Positions 9,807 through 23,100 of a stretch of DNA of 64,000 bases are shown in pieces. Both the position numbers and the translations under genes were made by a program. The notes under the pieces were generated by a model that did no database searches, was not told where the DNA came from, and was given only the letters and a program-made list of their open reading frames with translations. Numbering within the stretch: position 1 is the first letter of the stretch; every line of letters starts with the position of its first letter. Origin of the DNA: Azolla caroliniana (taxonomy: Eukaryota; Plantae; Polypodiophyta); the NCBI GenBank assembly GCA_043228905.1, contig JBHGNT010000004.1, forward strand, positions 9,052,001-9,116,000. Direction: 5' to 3'.

Positions 9807-11916
9807 CACTGTTACGCGCTCTCAAGTCTCGCACCAACAAGAATGACAACAACTCTATAGACTAAGTTTGCCCTAAGTCATATTTATACCAATATGACTT
9901 TTCGGCTATTTATAAATATAGCCCCGATGGCCTCTCCGAAAACATATTTACGAATATGTCCCTTCATCCGGTGAGCACTTCTCACCGGGCATTCACCATC
10001 CGGCTCTTGCCGGGTACTCCTCATCCGGTTCTCACCGGGTCTTCACCATCCGGTTTGCTCATCAGTACTGTTCTTCTCACTTCCCATCTGGAGGGACCTG
10101 TTTCCTAACAAACTCCCCCTTCACTCCGGCATGGGATGTCTTACTAGTCCGATCCGCTTCCGACATGCATCCAGCTTGTCGGGTACCAGTACTTTGGTTA
10201 GCATATCTGACCCGTTCTCGGCCGTGTGGATCTTCGTCAATGTGAATTGTCGATCTTCTACTCGCTCCCGAATCCAGTGATACCTACACTGGATGTGCTT
10301 CGTCCTGGAGTGGTACGCTGTGTTCTTAGTAAGGTGGATGGCACTTTGACTGTCGCAATAGAGCCGGTATTCATCTTGTTGTATACTGAGCTCTCTGATG
10401 AAGTCCTTCATCCATAGTATTTCCTTGCCGGCTTCCATAGCCGCCATGTACTCCGCTTCCGTGGTTGATAGCACAACCGTCTTTTGCAGCCTCGACTGCC
10501 ACAAAACAGCTCCCCCTGCGTATGTCATTACATACCCAGATGTAGACCGGCTGGTATCCACATCAGCCGGCATGTCCGAATCGGCAAAACCATCAAGTTG
10601 AGGTTTACCGGAGCCGAATCGGAGACACGTGTTCGAAGTGCCCTTCAAGTACCGGAGTATCCATTTGACCGCGTTCCAGTGCTCCTTGCCGGGATTGCTC
10701 ATAAACCGGCTCACCACTCCGACTGCGTATCCTATATCCGGTCGGGTACACACCATTGTGTACATTAAGCTCCCGACGGCAGAGGCATATGGAACCTTCA
10801 TCATATCAGCCTTCTCTGCTTTCGTCTTCGGGCTTTGCTTACCGGATAATCTGCAGTTTGCCGGGAGTGTCGATCCAATCGGTTTCGCTTCTAACATGTT
10901 GAACCACTGAAGCACCTTTGTCACGTACTTCTCCTGTGACAGCCACAATTGCTTCGTTGGCCGGTTCCGGATGATATGCATCCCCAGGATCTGTCTTGCC
11001 AGACCCAAGTCTTTCATTGCGAAAGTTCGGTTGAGAGCCTTCTTCAACATCCGTATTCTAGCTTGGTCCCGTCCGACGATCAACATGCCATCCACGTACA
11101 GAAGGAGTATCAACAAGTCGCCTCCTTCGAACTTCTTCACAAACACGCAGTGATCGGCCTGCGTCTTGTGGTACCCTTGATCGGTCATGAAGGAGTCGAA
11201 CTTCCGGTACCATTGTCGGGGAGCCTGCTTCAGTCCGTACAGGCTCTTCTTCAACCGGCATACCAGGCGCTCCTTCCCTTTCTCCACGAATCCTTCCGGT
11301 TGTTGCATGTAGATCTCCTCTTCGAGGTCACCGTGAAGGAATGCCGTCTTCACGTCTAACTGCTCTACCTCGAGGTCCATGCTTGCCACTATACTAGCAC
11401 CGTCCGGATGGAGGTCATCTTTACTACCAGGGCAAATATCTCGTCGAATTCCACACCCTTCTTCTACTGGAACCCCTTCACCACAATCTTGGCTTTGTAT
11501 CTCGGGGGGTTGTCGGTATCTCCCGGTTTCAACTTGTCACCCACTTGTTTCGGAGTGCCCACTTTCCTTTCGGCAACTCCACCAATTCGTACGTATGGTT
11601 CTCATGCAAGGAATCCATCTCATCCTGCATGGCACTTAACCATTTGCGGCTGTGCGTGTCATCCTTCGCTTCTTCGAAGCTTTCCGGCTCTCCCTCATCG
11701 GTCAGCAGCACATGCTCTGCATCCGGAAATCTCCGGGGGGGGCTTCTCTCTCTGAGAGGATATCTCCGTCCATGGGCTTCAGTAACCGGCTCCTCCTGTT
11801 GCTCTTCATCCGAATCTGATTCGGGGTCTTGGCCGGTTCCGGTTTCAGCTTCCTCTACTTCTTCTTCTGCCGGTTCGGTATCCTCACCGTAACCGGCTGG
11901 TTCCCCGAGTGCTAAC
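9501..11916 (-). mobile_element. 3' half of copia element A2 (RT, RNase H, PPT, 3' LTR 10110-9501), nested in B
   Basis: ORF 10121-11389 (RT/RNase H) closely similar to the A3 polyprotein. PPT GAAGGGGGAGTT. The LTR shares CACTCGGCCACAACCG and TTGCCCTAAGTCATATTTATA with A3. Truncated at 11916 by LTR G. Confidence 0.88.
10121..11916 (-). pseudogene. Copia RT-RNase H remnant of A2
   Basis: [26 protein letters not shown] (mutated YVDD), LSTTEAEY, HSRTKHI; frameshifts near 11400 and 11535. Confidence 0.9.
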
Positions 11917-12504
11917 TGTCAAGATTCGAACTCTTGACATGACCATGTTGTAATCGAGTGTTATGTGTTAACCACACATCTAACATATAATCATGTATAT
12001 ACTTCCTCATTGTAGGTTTTAGCTAGCATCATGTGCATAATTTCTCCCTTGTATTATTTACACTTGGCACATGCATGCGTACCTACTGCCTACGTGCTCT
12101 ATTGTATCACATGCGTGCAACAAGTATGCATGCCACTTAGTATAAATAGTTGAGTTCACCTTGAAGGAATTCAAGGTGAACAACGCCAGTCATGGACATA
12201 TCAATCTAGTATTCTCATTTCACCCTATCTTGTCTCCTTAATCTTCATCTCTATCTTTATGCTCTTGTGTCATTCCTTCATCGTTCCGTCGTAGTCTCAT
12301 CATCCGTGCTCTATCTGTGACAGTTTGTTCACCTTCCAACTAGAAGCATCACTCGTCTTCATCATCGCGCTTGCTTCTAGAGTTACCATCATCACCATAC
12401 CATCATCAATATCGCTTCATTGTCTCTATTTTTTAGTTTCTCCTCATCAACCTCGACAGTTCCCACCCGACTCACGCAATGATCCGGAACCGAAAGGCAC
12501 GACA
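11917..12504 (+). mobile_element. Solo LTR-like sequence (family G) without matching TSD
   Basis: Starts TGTCAAG, ends CACGACA, TATAAATA at ~12141. Lies exactly between A2 pol (left) and B integrase (right). The exact 3' end is somewhat uncertain. Confidence 0.65.
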
Positions 12505-14636
12505 GCGTCGGGCTTCTCTCGACTTTCGTTCGGGATGCGTACATTCGCAATGATTCTGAACACCTTGAGGTGCGAGAGGGTGGGCTTTCTTCCAACGAAG
12601 ATCTCGTATAGAGTAAACTCGTGCACGTTATTTGTGGTGCATCGATTCATGAGATAGACGGTCGTGGATGCCGCTTCCACCCAATAGAAGTTCGGCATGT
12701 GCTTCTCACACATCATGGCGCGTGCTACCTCGAGTATTTGCCGATTCTTTCTCTCAGCTACTCCGTTTTGTTGGGGAATGTGTCGGTATGAGAATTCTCT
12801 ACGAATGCCTTCACCTCGTAGGTAGGAGGTGAACTCGTTGGAGAAGTACTCCTTTCCTCTGTCCGATCGTAGGCATCGAATGTGCCGACCGATTTCTTTC
12901 TCCACTTGGCTTTTGAGCCTTTGAAAGTGGGAGAGCACTTCGCTCTTCTTCTTCATCGAGTATATCCACGCGTAGCGCGAGTGGTCGTCGATGAAGGTGA
13001 CGTAGTAGCGGCATCCACCGAGCGTCGGCGTTTGAGCCGGTCCCCATACGTCTGAGTGGATTATGTCAAGAAGGCCTTTGCTTGCGAAGTTCTCCTTCGG
13101 GAGTGGGAGTCAATGTTGTTTGCCGAGTTGGCATGCTTCGCACACTCGGTCGACTCGTTTCGATTTGAAGGCCGGGAGTTCGATTACGACTCCCTTTGAT
13201 TTCATTCCGCGAAGCCGTTGGAGGTTTATGTGGCCGATTCTCTTGTGCCACAACTCGATGTTTGTCTCGGTCTTGAGACCTTTGGCGTACATGGCCGATT
13301 TTACCTTGTTCGAGTCGAGGATGAACAAGCGACCGTCTCTCCGTCCCTTGGCTATGAGTCGGCTGTCTTTCTCGATGAAGCAACCTTCATTGTTGAAGCG
13401 GACTTGCATGCCTTGCTCCACGATTTGGCCGACCGAGACCAAATTCTTTGTTATTGTGGGCACGTGCAAGACATTCTTGATGCAAGTTTGCTTGCCTCCT
13501 TTCCCGAATGGGACATCGCCGATGTGCCGAATGGGATGTGGAGTGTCGTCTCCGATCTCTATGTAGCCGGGTCGATCTGGCGTTCGCAAGTCGCGAAACC
13601 ACTCTTGGTGCGACATCATGTGGTGCAAGGCGCCGGAGTCTACAAACCACGCGTGTTTGGAGTTGGAGGTGCTTGCGGAGTTTGCGGGATCAGAGGCCAT
13701 CATAGAGTTTGCTCTATGCCTCATCACGAAGAGTCCGCCATACTCAGTGTATTCCTTGTTCGCGGCGTAATTTGTGAGTTGCCGACTTGTCGAGGCCGAC
13801 TCGCTTCGTCTTTTTCAGCACTCCTCTTCGCGATGGCCGATTTTGCCGCAATAGTTGCACGTAGGTGGCGTCGTTCGCCAACCTTGTTCGGTGTGGAAGC
13901 TCCCCCTTCTTGTGAAGGTTCCTCGATGGCTTCCGTTTCCTTGCCAAAATTGTGAATTCCCTTCGTGGGATAGGTCGAATTGACCTCTTCCGCGTCGACC
14001 TCGTCTATGGGCACCATCCGGATCGGAGAAGAGCATTTGTCCTTCCGATGTGTTGGTCTTTGGTTGAACGTGGTTTTCTTCCACCAATAGCATTGATTGG
14101 AGGTTGAAGAACGAGGGAGGGGTATCTCTCGCCAAGATTGCCGTTCTCAACGGGTTGAATCGTTGTGCGAGGCCGCCCAAGCATACTTGCACCATCTTGT
14201 CCTCGTCGATGTTAACGTTGATGGAGCCAAGAGAGTCGCAAATGCTCTTGATCTTGGCGGTATAGTCCGTCACAGACATTTCTCTTTGTCGTATGTTGTT
14301 CAACTCTTGCCGGAGTTGAAGCTTGTGCACGGATGTGTCCGCGGTGAAAATCTTCTTGAGATTTTCCCACGCCTCTTTGGGCGTCTTGGCGTCACGAATG
14401 TGGCTAAGCATGTGGTCGTTTACACATGTTGCCAAGCAATACATTACCTGACTCGCACCTTACTCCCACGTTGGGTAGTTGGCGTGTGTGATTTCGGGTT
14501 TGTTTTCTTGTGCGCCGTCGATGTAGCTCCAATACCCTTGGCCGATGAGGTATTGATTCATCTTGTACTCCCAAGATGAATAGTTGCTTCGGTCTAGCTT
14601 TTCACTAGGGAGTGAGCTTCCCATTTGTTTGTTCAT
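12505..14636 (-). pseudogene. gag-protease-integrase remnant of B
   Basis: Gag with zinc knuckle CNYCGKIGHREEEC; protease WFVDSGA; LWHKRIGH..CEACQLGKQH; integrase LRSDRGKEY and PQQNGVAER. Frameshifted. Confidence 0.9.
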
Positions 14637-14812
14637 GTTGATTGTTGTGTCTTCCGTTTTGTTTTTCTTCTCTTGGTTGCGTACACGTCCTTCGTAGCAG
14701 CACTACGGTAGCGGATAGCGAATAGCCGGGATTTGTCGTCGGCGTCTCGAACACACAATCACGAATAAGCGGTGGGCCTAGTTGATTTCCTAAACCACGC
14801 GCTCTGATACCA

Positions 14813-15257
14813 TGTTAAGTAATTAGGTAATTAACTAGGGTTAATTAGAGACTAATTATATGGTTACGTTAAGCAGCGGAAGATTAGTATGATATGCACG
14901 TGAGAGTGTGTGAGAGGAAGAGAGAGAGAGAGAGAGAGGAAGTTACACTTGAACACAAAGATAAATGGGGGATGATTGACTATATTGAAAAGTGTCATCA
15001 ACATACAAAAATACCCACAATGAGGTATATATACAACCCATGTGCAAAGGTGCACATGTGTGGGTAGAACATAGGTACTTATGTGTAAGTCCTACATTAA
15101 ATGTACTAAGGAGTGGAGGATCTAGAATATCTCACTTAAGTACAAGGTCCTATTTAAAGGCTTAATGTCAACACATTAACTAAATTCGATCTAGGTAACT
15201 ACTAAGTTACATGTGTTGACTAACTAGATTAAACTAATTGAGCTTGATATCTCAACA
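14813..15257 (-). repeat. 5' LTR of B
   Basis: Adjacent to the tRNA-iMet PBS; repeat of 8442-8881. Confidence 0.95.
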
Positions 15258-15654
15258 AGTAGCCTAGACTACTAGGAAATCATTGTCTCGTAGATAGTGT
15301 CAGTCACACATAGGAATATTGAAGTACCTATCAATACTTCTGTTAGTCCTTTATGGACTTTGTATAAATAGTGTTGTTATAGCACATTGTATGCACATAG
15401 TTTTAGAGTCATTTTTAATCTATGTTTACGTTCTGCTCTCTCTGTCTCTCCCACAAATACTCTCTATGTATTAAGCTTCTCCATTAAACCTTCATCTTAT
15501 TCTATGTTGCTATCCGGTTGAGCTGATTCTTTCTAATGCGTCCGCACGTTAACATTTACATGGTATCAGAGTGCAAGGGTTGAGAACCTCTACAGCCGAC
15601 ACTTGCTTTCGTAGACGAACCCTAGAACCCGGTAACAATAGACAGAGAAAAGAT

Positions 15655-18600
15655 ATGGATAGAGGAACGACGAGTTCACTTCCAACCGAGATGCTCGACC
15701 AGAGCAGCTACGCGTGTTGGTCATACAAGATGCACCAGTACTTGTTGGGGCATGGATATTGGAGCTTCGTGGAAGGAACAAACGAGGTAGTGTTGGAGCC
15801 GGCACACCAGGACATCTCGGTATGCAAGCAAGGAGTGAGCCGAGTATTGTACTGCCTCACGTCCTCTGTGCACGACCAGATGCTCGGCTACATAAAGGAT
15901 GCAAAAACGTTGAAGGAGGCTTGGGGAAATCTGAGGAAGATTTTCACCGCAAGTACCACAACCCGTAAGTTGCAGCTCCGGCAAGAGCTGAACAACATCC
16001 GGCAAAGAGACATGTCGGTTACGGATTACACCACCAAGCTAAAGGAGATTTGTGATGCACTCGAGTCCATCAACATGACGGTGGACGAAGATGAGATGGT
16101 ACAAATCTGCCTCGATGGTCTAGCACAACGGTATGGGTCAATCTGGACAACAATTTGCACCCGGGAGAAGCCATCGTCCTTCTTCGACTTACAATCAATG
16201 TTGATGGTCGAAGAAAACCACGTGAGCGGGTTGACGACCACTCAATCGGACAGCCGAATGTTGTACACGGAGTCGGATTGGCCCCCTGGACGTGGAGGAC
16301 GAGGTGGGTCGGCGCGCAATGGAGGTGGCTGGCAAGAGCAGGACCGAAGCCACAAAGGTAGTGCCGACAGCAGTTCCGAACCCTCCACAAGCAAGGGAAG
16401 TCAAAGCAGTGCCAGAAGACGGCAAGGCAAAGTCGACGCGGAATGCTGGTATTGTGGCAAAAAGGACCATAGGGAAAGTGACTGTTACAAGAAGCGCGCC
16501 GATTCGGACAAATCCGGATCTGGCAAGGGCGGTCGAGAAAACCGGCAAAACTCGCACTACGCACAAGGATCAGAAGGATTCAAAACCGGGAAGACCGGTA
16601 AAGGGCCAACCTTCGTGATGAAGCACAAGGCTAACTCGATGAAGCAGACTACTTCCAAATTGGAGGAAGTATGTTACGTTGATTCCGGAGCGTCCAACCA
16701 CATGACGAGCCATGAAAAGTGGTTCTCCTTTATGGAAAAACCGGAACAATCATAGATTGTCAAAACCGGAGATGACACCCCTCACCCGATTGTGCATGTC
16801 GAAGAAGTTCCTTTAAGCCATGTTGGACAAAAGGGGAAGCTGACGAACATATTACACGTTCCAACTATCACAAAGAACCTGGTATCGGTCGGACAAATCA
16901 TTGACCAGGGAATGCAGGTGCGGTTTACGCACCTCGGGTGCTTCATCGAGGAAGAAGGACGGATAATTGCGCAAGGCCACAGAGAAGGGAGGATGTTCAT
17001 CCTCAACACTAATGACGTCAGCACCACCATGTTTGCCACAGGACAGAAGATTGAATCAGACATCAGACATCGATCTCTGGCACAAGCGAATCAACCACGT
17101 CAATTACCGGAGGCTTCAGGACCTGCAATCGAAACAAGTTCTATTCGGTTTGCCTAAATTCAGTGGCCGAAAGGCCCAAGTTTGTGAAGCCTGCCAACTC
17201 GGGAAGCAACACCAGCTTCCATTCCCCACCGAACGAAACTGGAGTCGTAACAAGCTCGATCTAATACATTCGGATATATGGGGACCGGCACAGAACGTTA
17301 GTCTTGGTGGGAGTCGGTATTTTGTCTCCTTCATCGACGACTACAGCTGGCACACATGGATCTACCTCATCGAACAGAAGAGCAAAGTCTTCAAATGTTT
17401 TCGGAACTTGCAAAGCTTAGTTGAACGGGAAACAGAGAGAAAGATCAAGTATCTGCGGTCAAATGGCAGAAAAGAATACTTTTTCGGCCAATTCAACAGT
17501 TATATGCAGCAGAACGAAATTCAGAGAGAATTCAGCTGCAGATACACACTGGAGCAAAACGTGTGGCCGAAAGGAAGAACCGGTTGATTGTCGACGCGGC
17601 AAGGGCAATGCTAAAGGAGAAAAGCATGCCCCAATTCTACTGGGCTGAGGCGGTTCGGATGACCGCCTACATCCAAAACCGGATCGGAGACAACGTGTCA
17701 GCACATGAGCTGTATTTTGGGCAGAAGCCAAATTTAAGGCACCTTCGGATATTCTGTAGCATTGCATATGTGCATGTACCGGATGAGAACCGGAGGAAGC
17801 TGGATCCGAAGTCGGAGAAGTGCATCCTAGTCGGTTACTCGCATGAGTAAAAGGGATATAAGTGCTATAACCCTCGAACTAAGAAGGTCTGAGTAAGCCG
17901 AGATGTCGAGTTCGATGAGACGGCAAATGGGATCTCGTTGACCCTCCCTGACATTGTAAACCGATCGATTGCAAATGGGTGTACAAGGTAAAGTACAATG
18001 CCAACGGTTCAGTTAACCGGTACAACGCCCGGTTAGTGGCGAAGGGATATGCACAAACCCATGGAATCGACTACTACGAGACCTTCGCTCCGGTAGCAAA
18101 GATGATGACGGTTCGTGTGGTACTGGCGGTTGTTGCGGCAAGGGGGTGGCATCTTCACCAGATGGACGTGAAGAATGTGTTTCTTCAAGGTGACCTTGAA
18201 GAATGGGTCTATATGATCCAATCTCCCAGCTTTCAGTCGGAGATGAACAAGTCGGCGGTGTGCCGACGTAAGAAGTCGCTTTACGGTCTGAAGCAAGCCC
18301 GTCGAGCTTGGAATGCGAAGATCACGCACTGGTTGCGTAAGATGGGGTTTGTGACCTCTAAATCCGACTCATCCGGCAAGATCTGGACAGTTCGGTTTGC
18401 ATCTTACTTTATGTAGATGATTTCGTCATCACCGGACCCGGACTCAATGAAATCGGTCGTGTCAAGGCCCAACTGTCGGACGCATTTGAAATGAAGGACC
18501 TAGGCGACCTTCATCATTTTCTTGGGATCGAGGTGATTTGAACCCCTGATGGCATATTGCTCTCACAACACCATTATGTGTTGAATATGTTGTACAAGTT

Positions 18601-19761
18601 TGGCATGATGGAATGCGGACCGATCTCTACACCCTTGGATCGGAACCAGAAGCTTCATCCCGACTCCGGACCGGTTTGCGATGAGAAACGGTTCCGACAA
18701 ATAGTTGGAAGCCTGATATACTTGACAATCACCCAACCCGACATCAGTTATCCGGTCGGAGTGATCAGCCATTTCATGCAGAAGCCAATCGTCGAGCACC
18801 TTCAGTGCGCACACAAGATACTCTGGTACATTAACGGCATGAAGGATTAGGGACTATTATACCGACACAGTATAGTTGGGAAGCTAGTCGGATATAGCGA
18901 TGCCAACTAGGCTAGTAATGTATCGGATCACCGATCCACATCCAGGTACATATTTTCCCTTGGTAGCGCAGCTGTTGCATGGAGCAGCAAAAAATAGCCA
19001 ACAGTGGCTCTGTCGAGCACTGAGGCTAAATACTGGGGCGCTACCAATGCCACCTATGAAGCCATCTAGCTTCGGCGACTACTGCGAGATCTCCAGATCG
19101 AGGTACCGACCCCGATCCTGATCTACTGTGACAACATGAGCAACATTTATTTCACCAAGAACCCTGTATTCCATGCTTGAACAAAGCACATAGAAGTGCA
19201 TTATCACTTCGTGCGTGAGTGGGTCCTGAGCAGTGAAGTCGAACTTCGGTATATTCAAACGGATCTGCACGTTACCGACATCTTCACCAAACCGCTCGGA
19301 TCGAACAAGTTGCAGCACTTCACCAAAATGCTTGGTGTTTAGAATCTCGACGTGCCGCACTTGCGAGGGAGAATGGGCAAAGGCATAGAAATCGGTGCCA
19401 TAACGGTCAAAGGCAAAGAAACTGTTGACGGCCCCGGACAAGGAACCGAAAAGGGAAGAACCAACGAAGGGGGAGAGAAGAGGAAAAAGGAAGCCAAGTC
19501 GACGAAGGAAGTCAGCACATCTGAACAAGTCGAAACAAATGACAACGGCGGCAAAGTCAAGAATAAGGACAGAGTCGACCGGAAGAAGGCCGACACCCGG
19601 ACGTGGTTCGATGTGGTGAAGGGCCTAAAAACGGAAGATGAGTTGGAGAACACTGACTCAGACAAGAGCCGGAACGAATTGGGAGCGACCGATTCGGACA
19701 AGAGCTGGAATGAATCGGAGGAAACCGATTTGGTTCAAGATTCAGAGAAGTCGAATCAACC
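15655..19761 (+). pseudogene. gag-pol remnant of E (gag, PR, IN, RT, RNase H, start of a C-terminal extension)
   Basis: CWYCGKKDHRESDC; YVDSGAS; LWHKRINH; FIDDYS; QMDVKNVFL; LYGLKQA; KHIEVHYHF. Several stops and frameshifts, plus an IN-RT linker deletion at ~17925. Confidence 0.9.
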
Positions 19762-20192
19762 TGTAAATAATCAATGGTGATTCTTGTGTAGTGGAAGAGA
19801 TGCGTGTTATGTGTATGTGTCAGAGGAAAGAGGAGAGGAGAGAAACACAAGATGGATAAGAGGCAAAATGAAGTACTCAAGAAGAAGGAGATGTATCTTA
19901 ACAAGGAGAATATGATAAATGAAAATGTAGCATTACAAGGAGTCACAACCAACTTAGTATGAAGTATGAGGAGGGTGCTTTATATAGAGTCACCCTCTCT
20001 CTTCATTAACTTACAACAACCACTCTCTCTCTTGGGGAATATGTAACTCATTAGTTATGTGTCATAGAATATGATTCTATGACACATAGTTAATGTGTAG
20101 AGAGTAGTGGTGTCACTCTTGACCTTTGAGTAATCATAGATTCTCAAAAGGTGTGTTCACACGTTGTGCTATGTTGAGCTTGATTCTCAACA
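19762..20192 (-). repeat. 3' LTR of D2
   Basis: Direct repeat of 25351-25778 (~2-3% divergent by eye). Confidence 0.95.
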
Positions 20193-23100
20193 CGCCCCTC
20201 AAGCTCAACTCAGGTTGGTTCCTTTCAATTGATGTCCGCTTCAGTTGGCATCCGGTTCGGACGATCTCCGGTGTCCGCTTCGGCTCGTACCCGGTTCAGA
20301 CGATATCCAATTCTCACTTGTACTCCCCTTCAAGCTTGGCAAGTCAAGGATCGTCAATCCAAGGTCTGACATGAATTGCCGAAGCTTGTCAGCTCCTAAG
20401 GCTTTGGTGAAGATGTTGGTCGTCTGAAGATTCGTGTTGATGTGTTGAAGGTCGACATCTTCGGCTTGTACGCGCTCTCGAATGAAGTGATAGTAAACTT
20501 CGATGTGCTTTGTGCGCGTGTGGAACACCAGGTTCCGAGCCAAATATATACTGCTCATATTGTCGCAATAAATGGGAGTCAGATCATTGATGGGAACACC
20601 CAGATCCTTCAAAATCCTCTTGAGCCATACGGCTTCACATGCAACTACGGTTGCGCCCTTGTATTTGGCCTCCGTACTCAAAAGTGCGACAATAGGTTGC
20701 TTCTTACTACTCCAAGAGATTGCTCCGCTACCGAGCGAGAAGACAAATCCAGAGGTCGATCGTCGATCAACTTTGTAGCTTGCCCAGTCCGCGTCTGTGT
20801 ACCCTTCGAGTCGTATTGGTGTGGCTGATGCGTAGAGAACGTCGTAATCCATTGTGCCACTCACGTATCGTAATACTCGCTTAGCGCAATCCAAGTGAAC
20901 GTCGCATGGTTTTTGCATGAATTGGCTGAGGAGTCCGATTGGATAGCTAAGGTCGGGTCGAGTGATCGTGAGATAGATGAGGCTCCTGATCAGTTGGCGA
21001 TATTGGGTCGGCTCGCACTCGTTAGTGTTGGAGTCAGCATCTAGTTTGAGGTTTCGATCGAGAGGCATAGAGACCGATTTGCACTTAGTCATCCTGAACT
21101 TGTATAGCAAGTTGAGAATGTAGTGTCGTTGGGAGATCACAATGTCGGCCGGATTCCAAATCACCTCGATGCCAAGGAAGTAGTGGAGCTCCTTCATGTC
21201 CATCATCTTGAATTTTCTAGAGAGGATGGACTTGACCTTGTTAATGTCAACTAGACTTTCACCTCCAATGACCAGATCATCCACGTTGTCGAGGTATTCC
21301 TCGCGGATGCGTGGAATGAGGCGGGACCTCGGGGGTCCTGTACCGAAGAGCAAGAGAGAAAGGAGAAGAGACCCACTACGTGTGAGAATAGATTCACAGG
21401 GACACGGCCCTTCGACACAAAGACACGAGTGGGACAGCGACACAGAGAGACACGAATGTATGTATGTATTAACAAAGACAAACAACAAAACACGAAGTCG
21501 GTTACAACCGAACATGCCGGCGAACAGATGCCGATACCTGTTCGTAAACGCACAGAAAGGAAGGAGTAGGTTGGAGGTGCTGCCGGAAGCACTCGGGCAT
21601 TCCTCAGAGCAGCGCGAGCCTCCCGAAACCTGCACAGAAGGAAGCTATGGAGTTTGCGAACCAGAGAGAGAGAGAGAAGCCTTCGCCCACGAACCGACAG
21701 CACTTTGTCCTCGACTCTCCGCGATCCCTTCGCCCCTCCTCGTCTCCCTCCTTTTATAGGCAAGGAAGGAGTCGTTTCCCCTTTACTTCCTACCTACCGA
21801 ATCTGCCTGCCTAGGATCTCCTATGTACAACATAAGGCGCACGTGCATGAAGAGCCGGTTCCTACGCTCCGGTGCACCGATTCCGCTTGTGGACGGTTTT
21901 CTTCACGACAACGTATAGGATGATGACAATTAGGCTTCTAGAGTTGTGTCGTACGTAGAGGGAGTTGTCAGATTTAAACATCGAAAGCCGATTTGATGAA
22001 GATAGTGCGTAATCTTCGAATGCCAAGCACGTGGTGCTTGCTTAAGGCCGTAGAGTGGGTTCTTGAGTCGGCACATGGCTTTCGGATGAATGCGCGATTC
22101 GAAGCCGGGTGGTTGTACCATGTACACCTCCTCGTCTAATTCGCCTTTAAGAGAGGCGTTCTTGACATCCATTTGCTGGAGATGCCACCCTTTTGCCGCT
22201 GCAAGTGCGATCACGGTCCGCACCGTCATCATCTTTGCCACCGAGGCAAAGGTCTCTTCATAGTCGACTCTATGTGTTTGTGCGTATCCTTTTGCTACGA
22301 GGCGAGCTTTGTAGCGGTTGATGGAGCCTCGGCATTATACTTCACCTTGTAGATCCATCTGCAGCCAATTGCCTTCTTGTGCGGTGAGTGGGGTACGAGA
22401 TCCCATGTCTTGTTCTTGTGTAATGCACGCATCTCCTCGTTCATTGCTTCGATCTATCGCGGGTCCTTCGCGGCTTCGGAAAAGGTTTCCGGCTCCCGTA
22501 TTGTTGCCACCTTCATCATAAATGCGTAATGATACACCATGTACTCATCGTAGCCGAATTGGCTTACAGGGTTCTTTTCACGGGTGGATCGGCAAAGCTT
22601 CTCGTTTGTGGATTCTAGGGTTTCTTCACTCCATTTGTTCGAATGTCAAGGCCTTCAAACTCACTATCGAGGGAGTGAGTCGATTCTTTGCCATAGAAAT
22701 GAGCATCTTCATACTCTGGCATTTTGGCCTTCCCTTTGTCCAACTTCGGACTTGGTCGAAATGTGCTTTGATCGCTCAAAGTCTCTTGTGGTCCGCTCAG
22801 TCGGGTCGTGATCGGACTTTCTTCGAACATGCGCGTAAGGCGATCTTCATCCTCTATCTCTTGTTCGGCGGATTCCGGGTCGAGCGGAATCGGAGTCGAA
22901 GTTGTCTCTGGTGTGTACCAGGATGTGGACTCGTCAAAAACGATGTCTCGACTTACTCAAGATTTTCGAGTTGAGGGGTTGTAGCACTTGTACCCCTTTT
23001 GCTCCAGTGAGTATCCTACGAGGATACATTTCTCCGACTTCAGGTTAAGCTTTTGACGCTTCTCGTCGGGGATGTGCACGTACACAATGGAGCCGAATAT

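Larger units (their letters stand above)
8442..15257 (-). mobile_element. Ty1/copia element B (gag-PR-IN present, RT/RNase H deleted), inserted in the 5' LTR of E
   Basis: TSD AGTAG at 8437-8441 and 15258-15262. LTRs 14813-15257 (5') and 8442-8881 (3'). PBS 14812-14801; PPT 8882-8892. Confidence 0.93.

Noticed and set aside
20241-21635. 464-aa ORF with a novel-looking hydrophobic, Cys-rich N-terminus fused to RT/RNase H
   Set aside because: The N-terminus is solo LTR H read in frame by chance into D2 pol; the junction coincides with the TSD.
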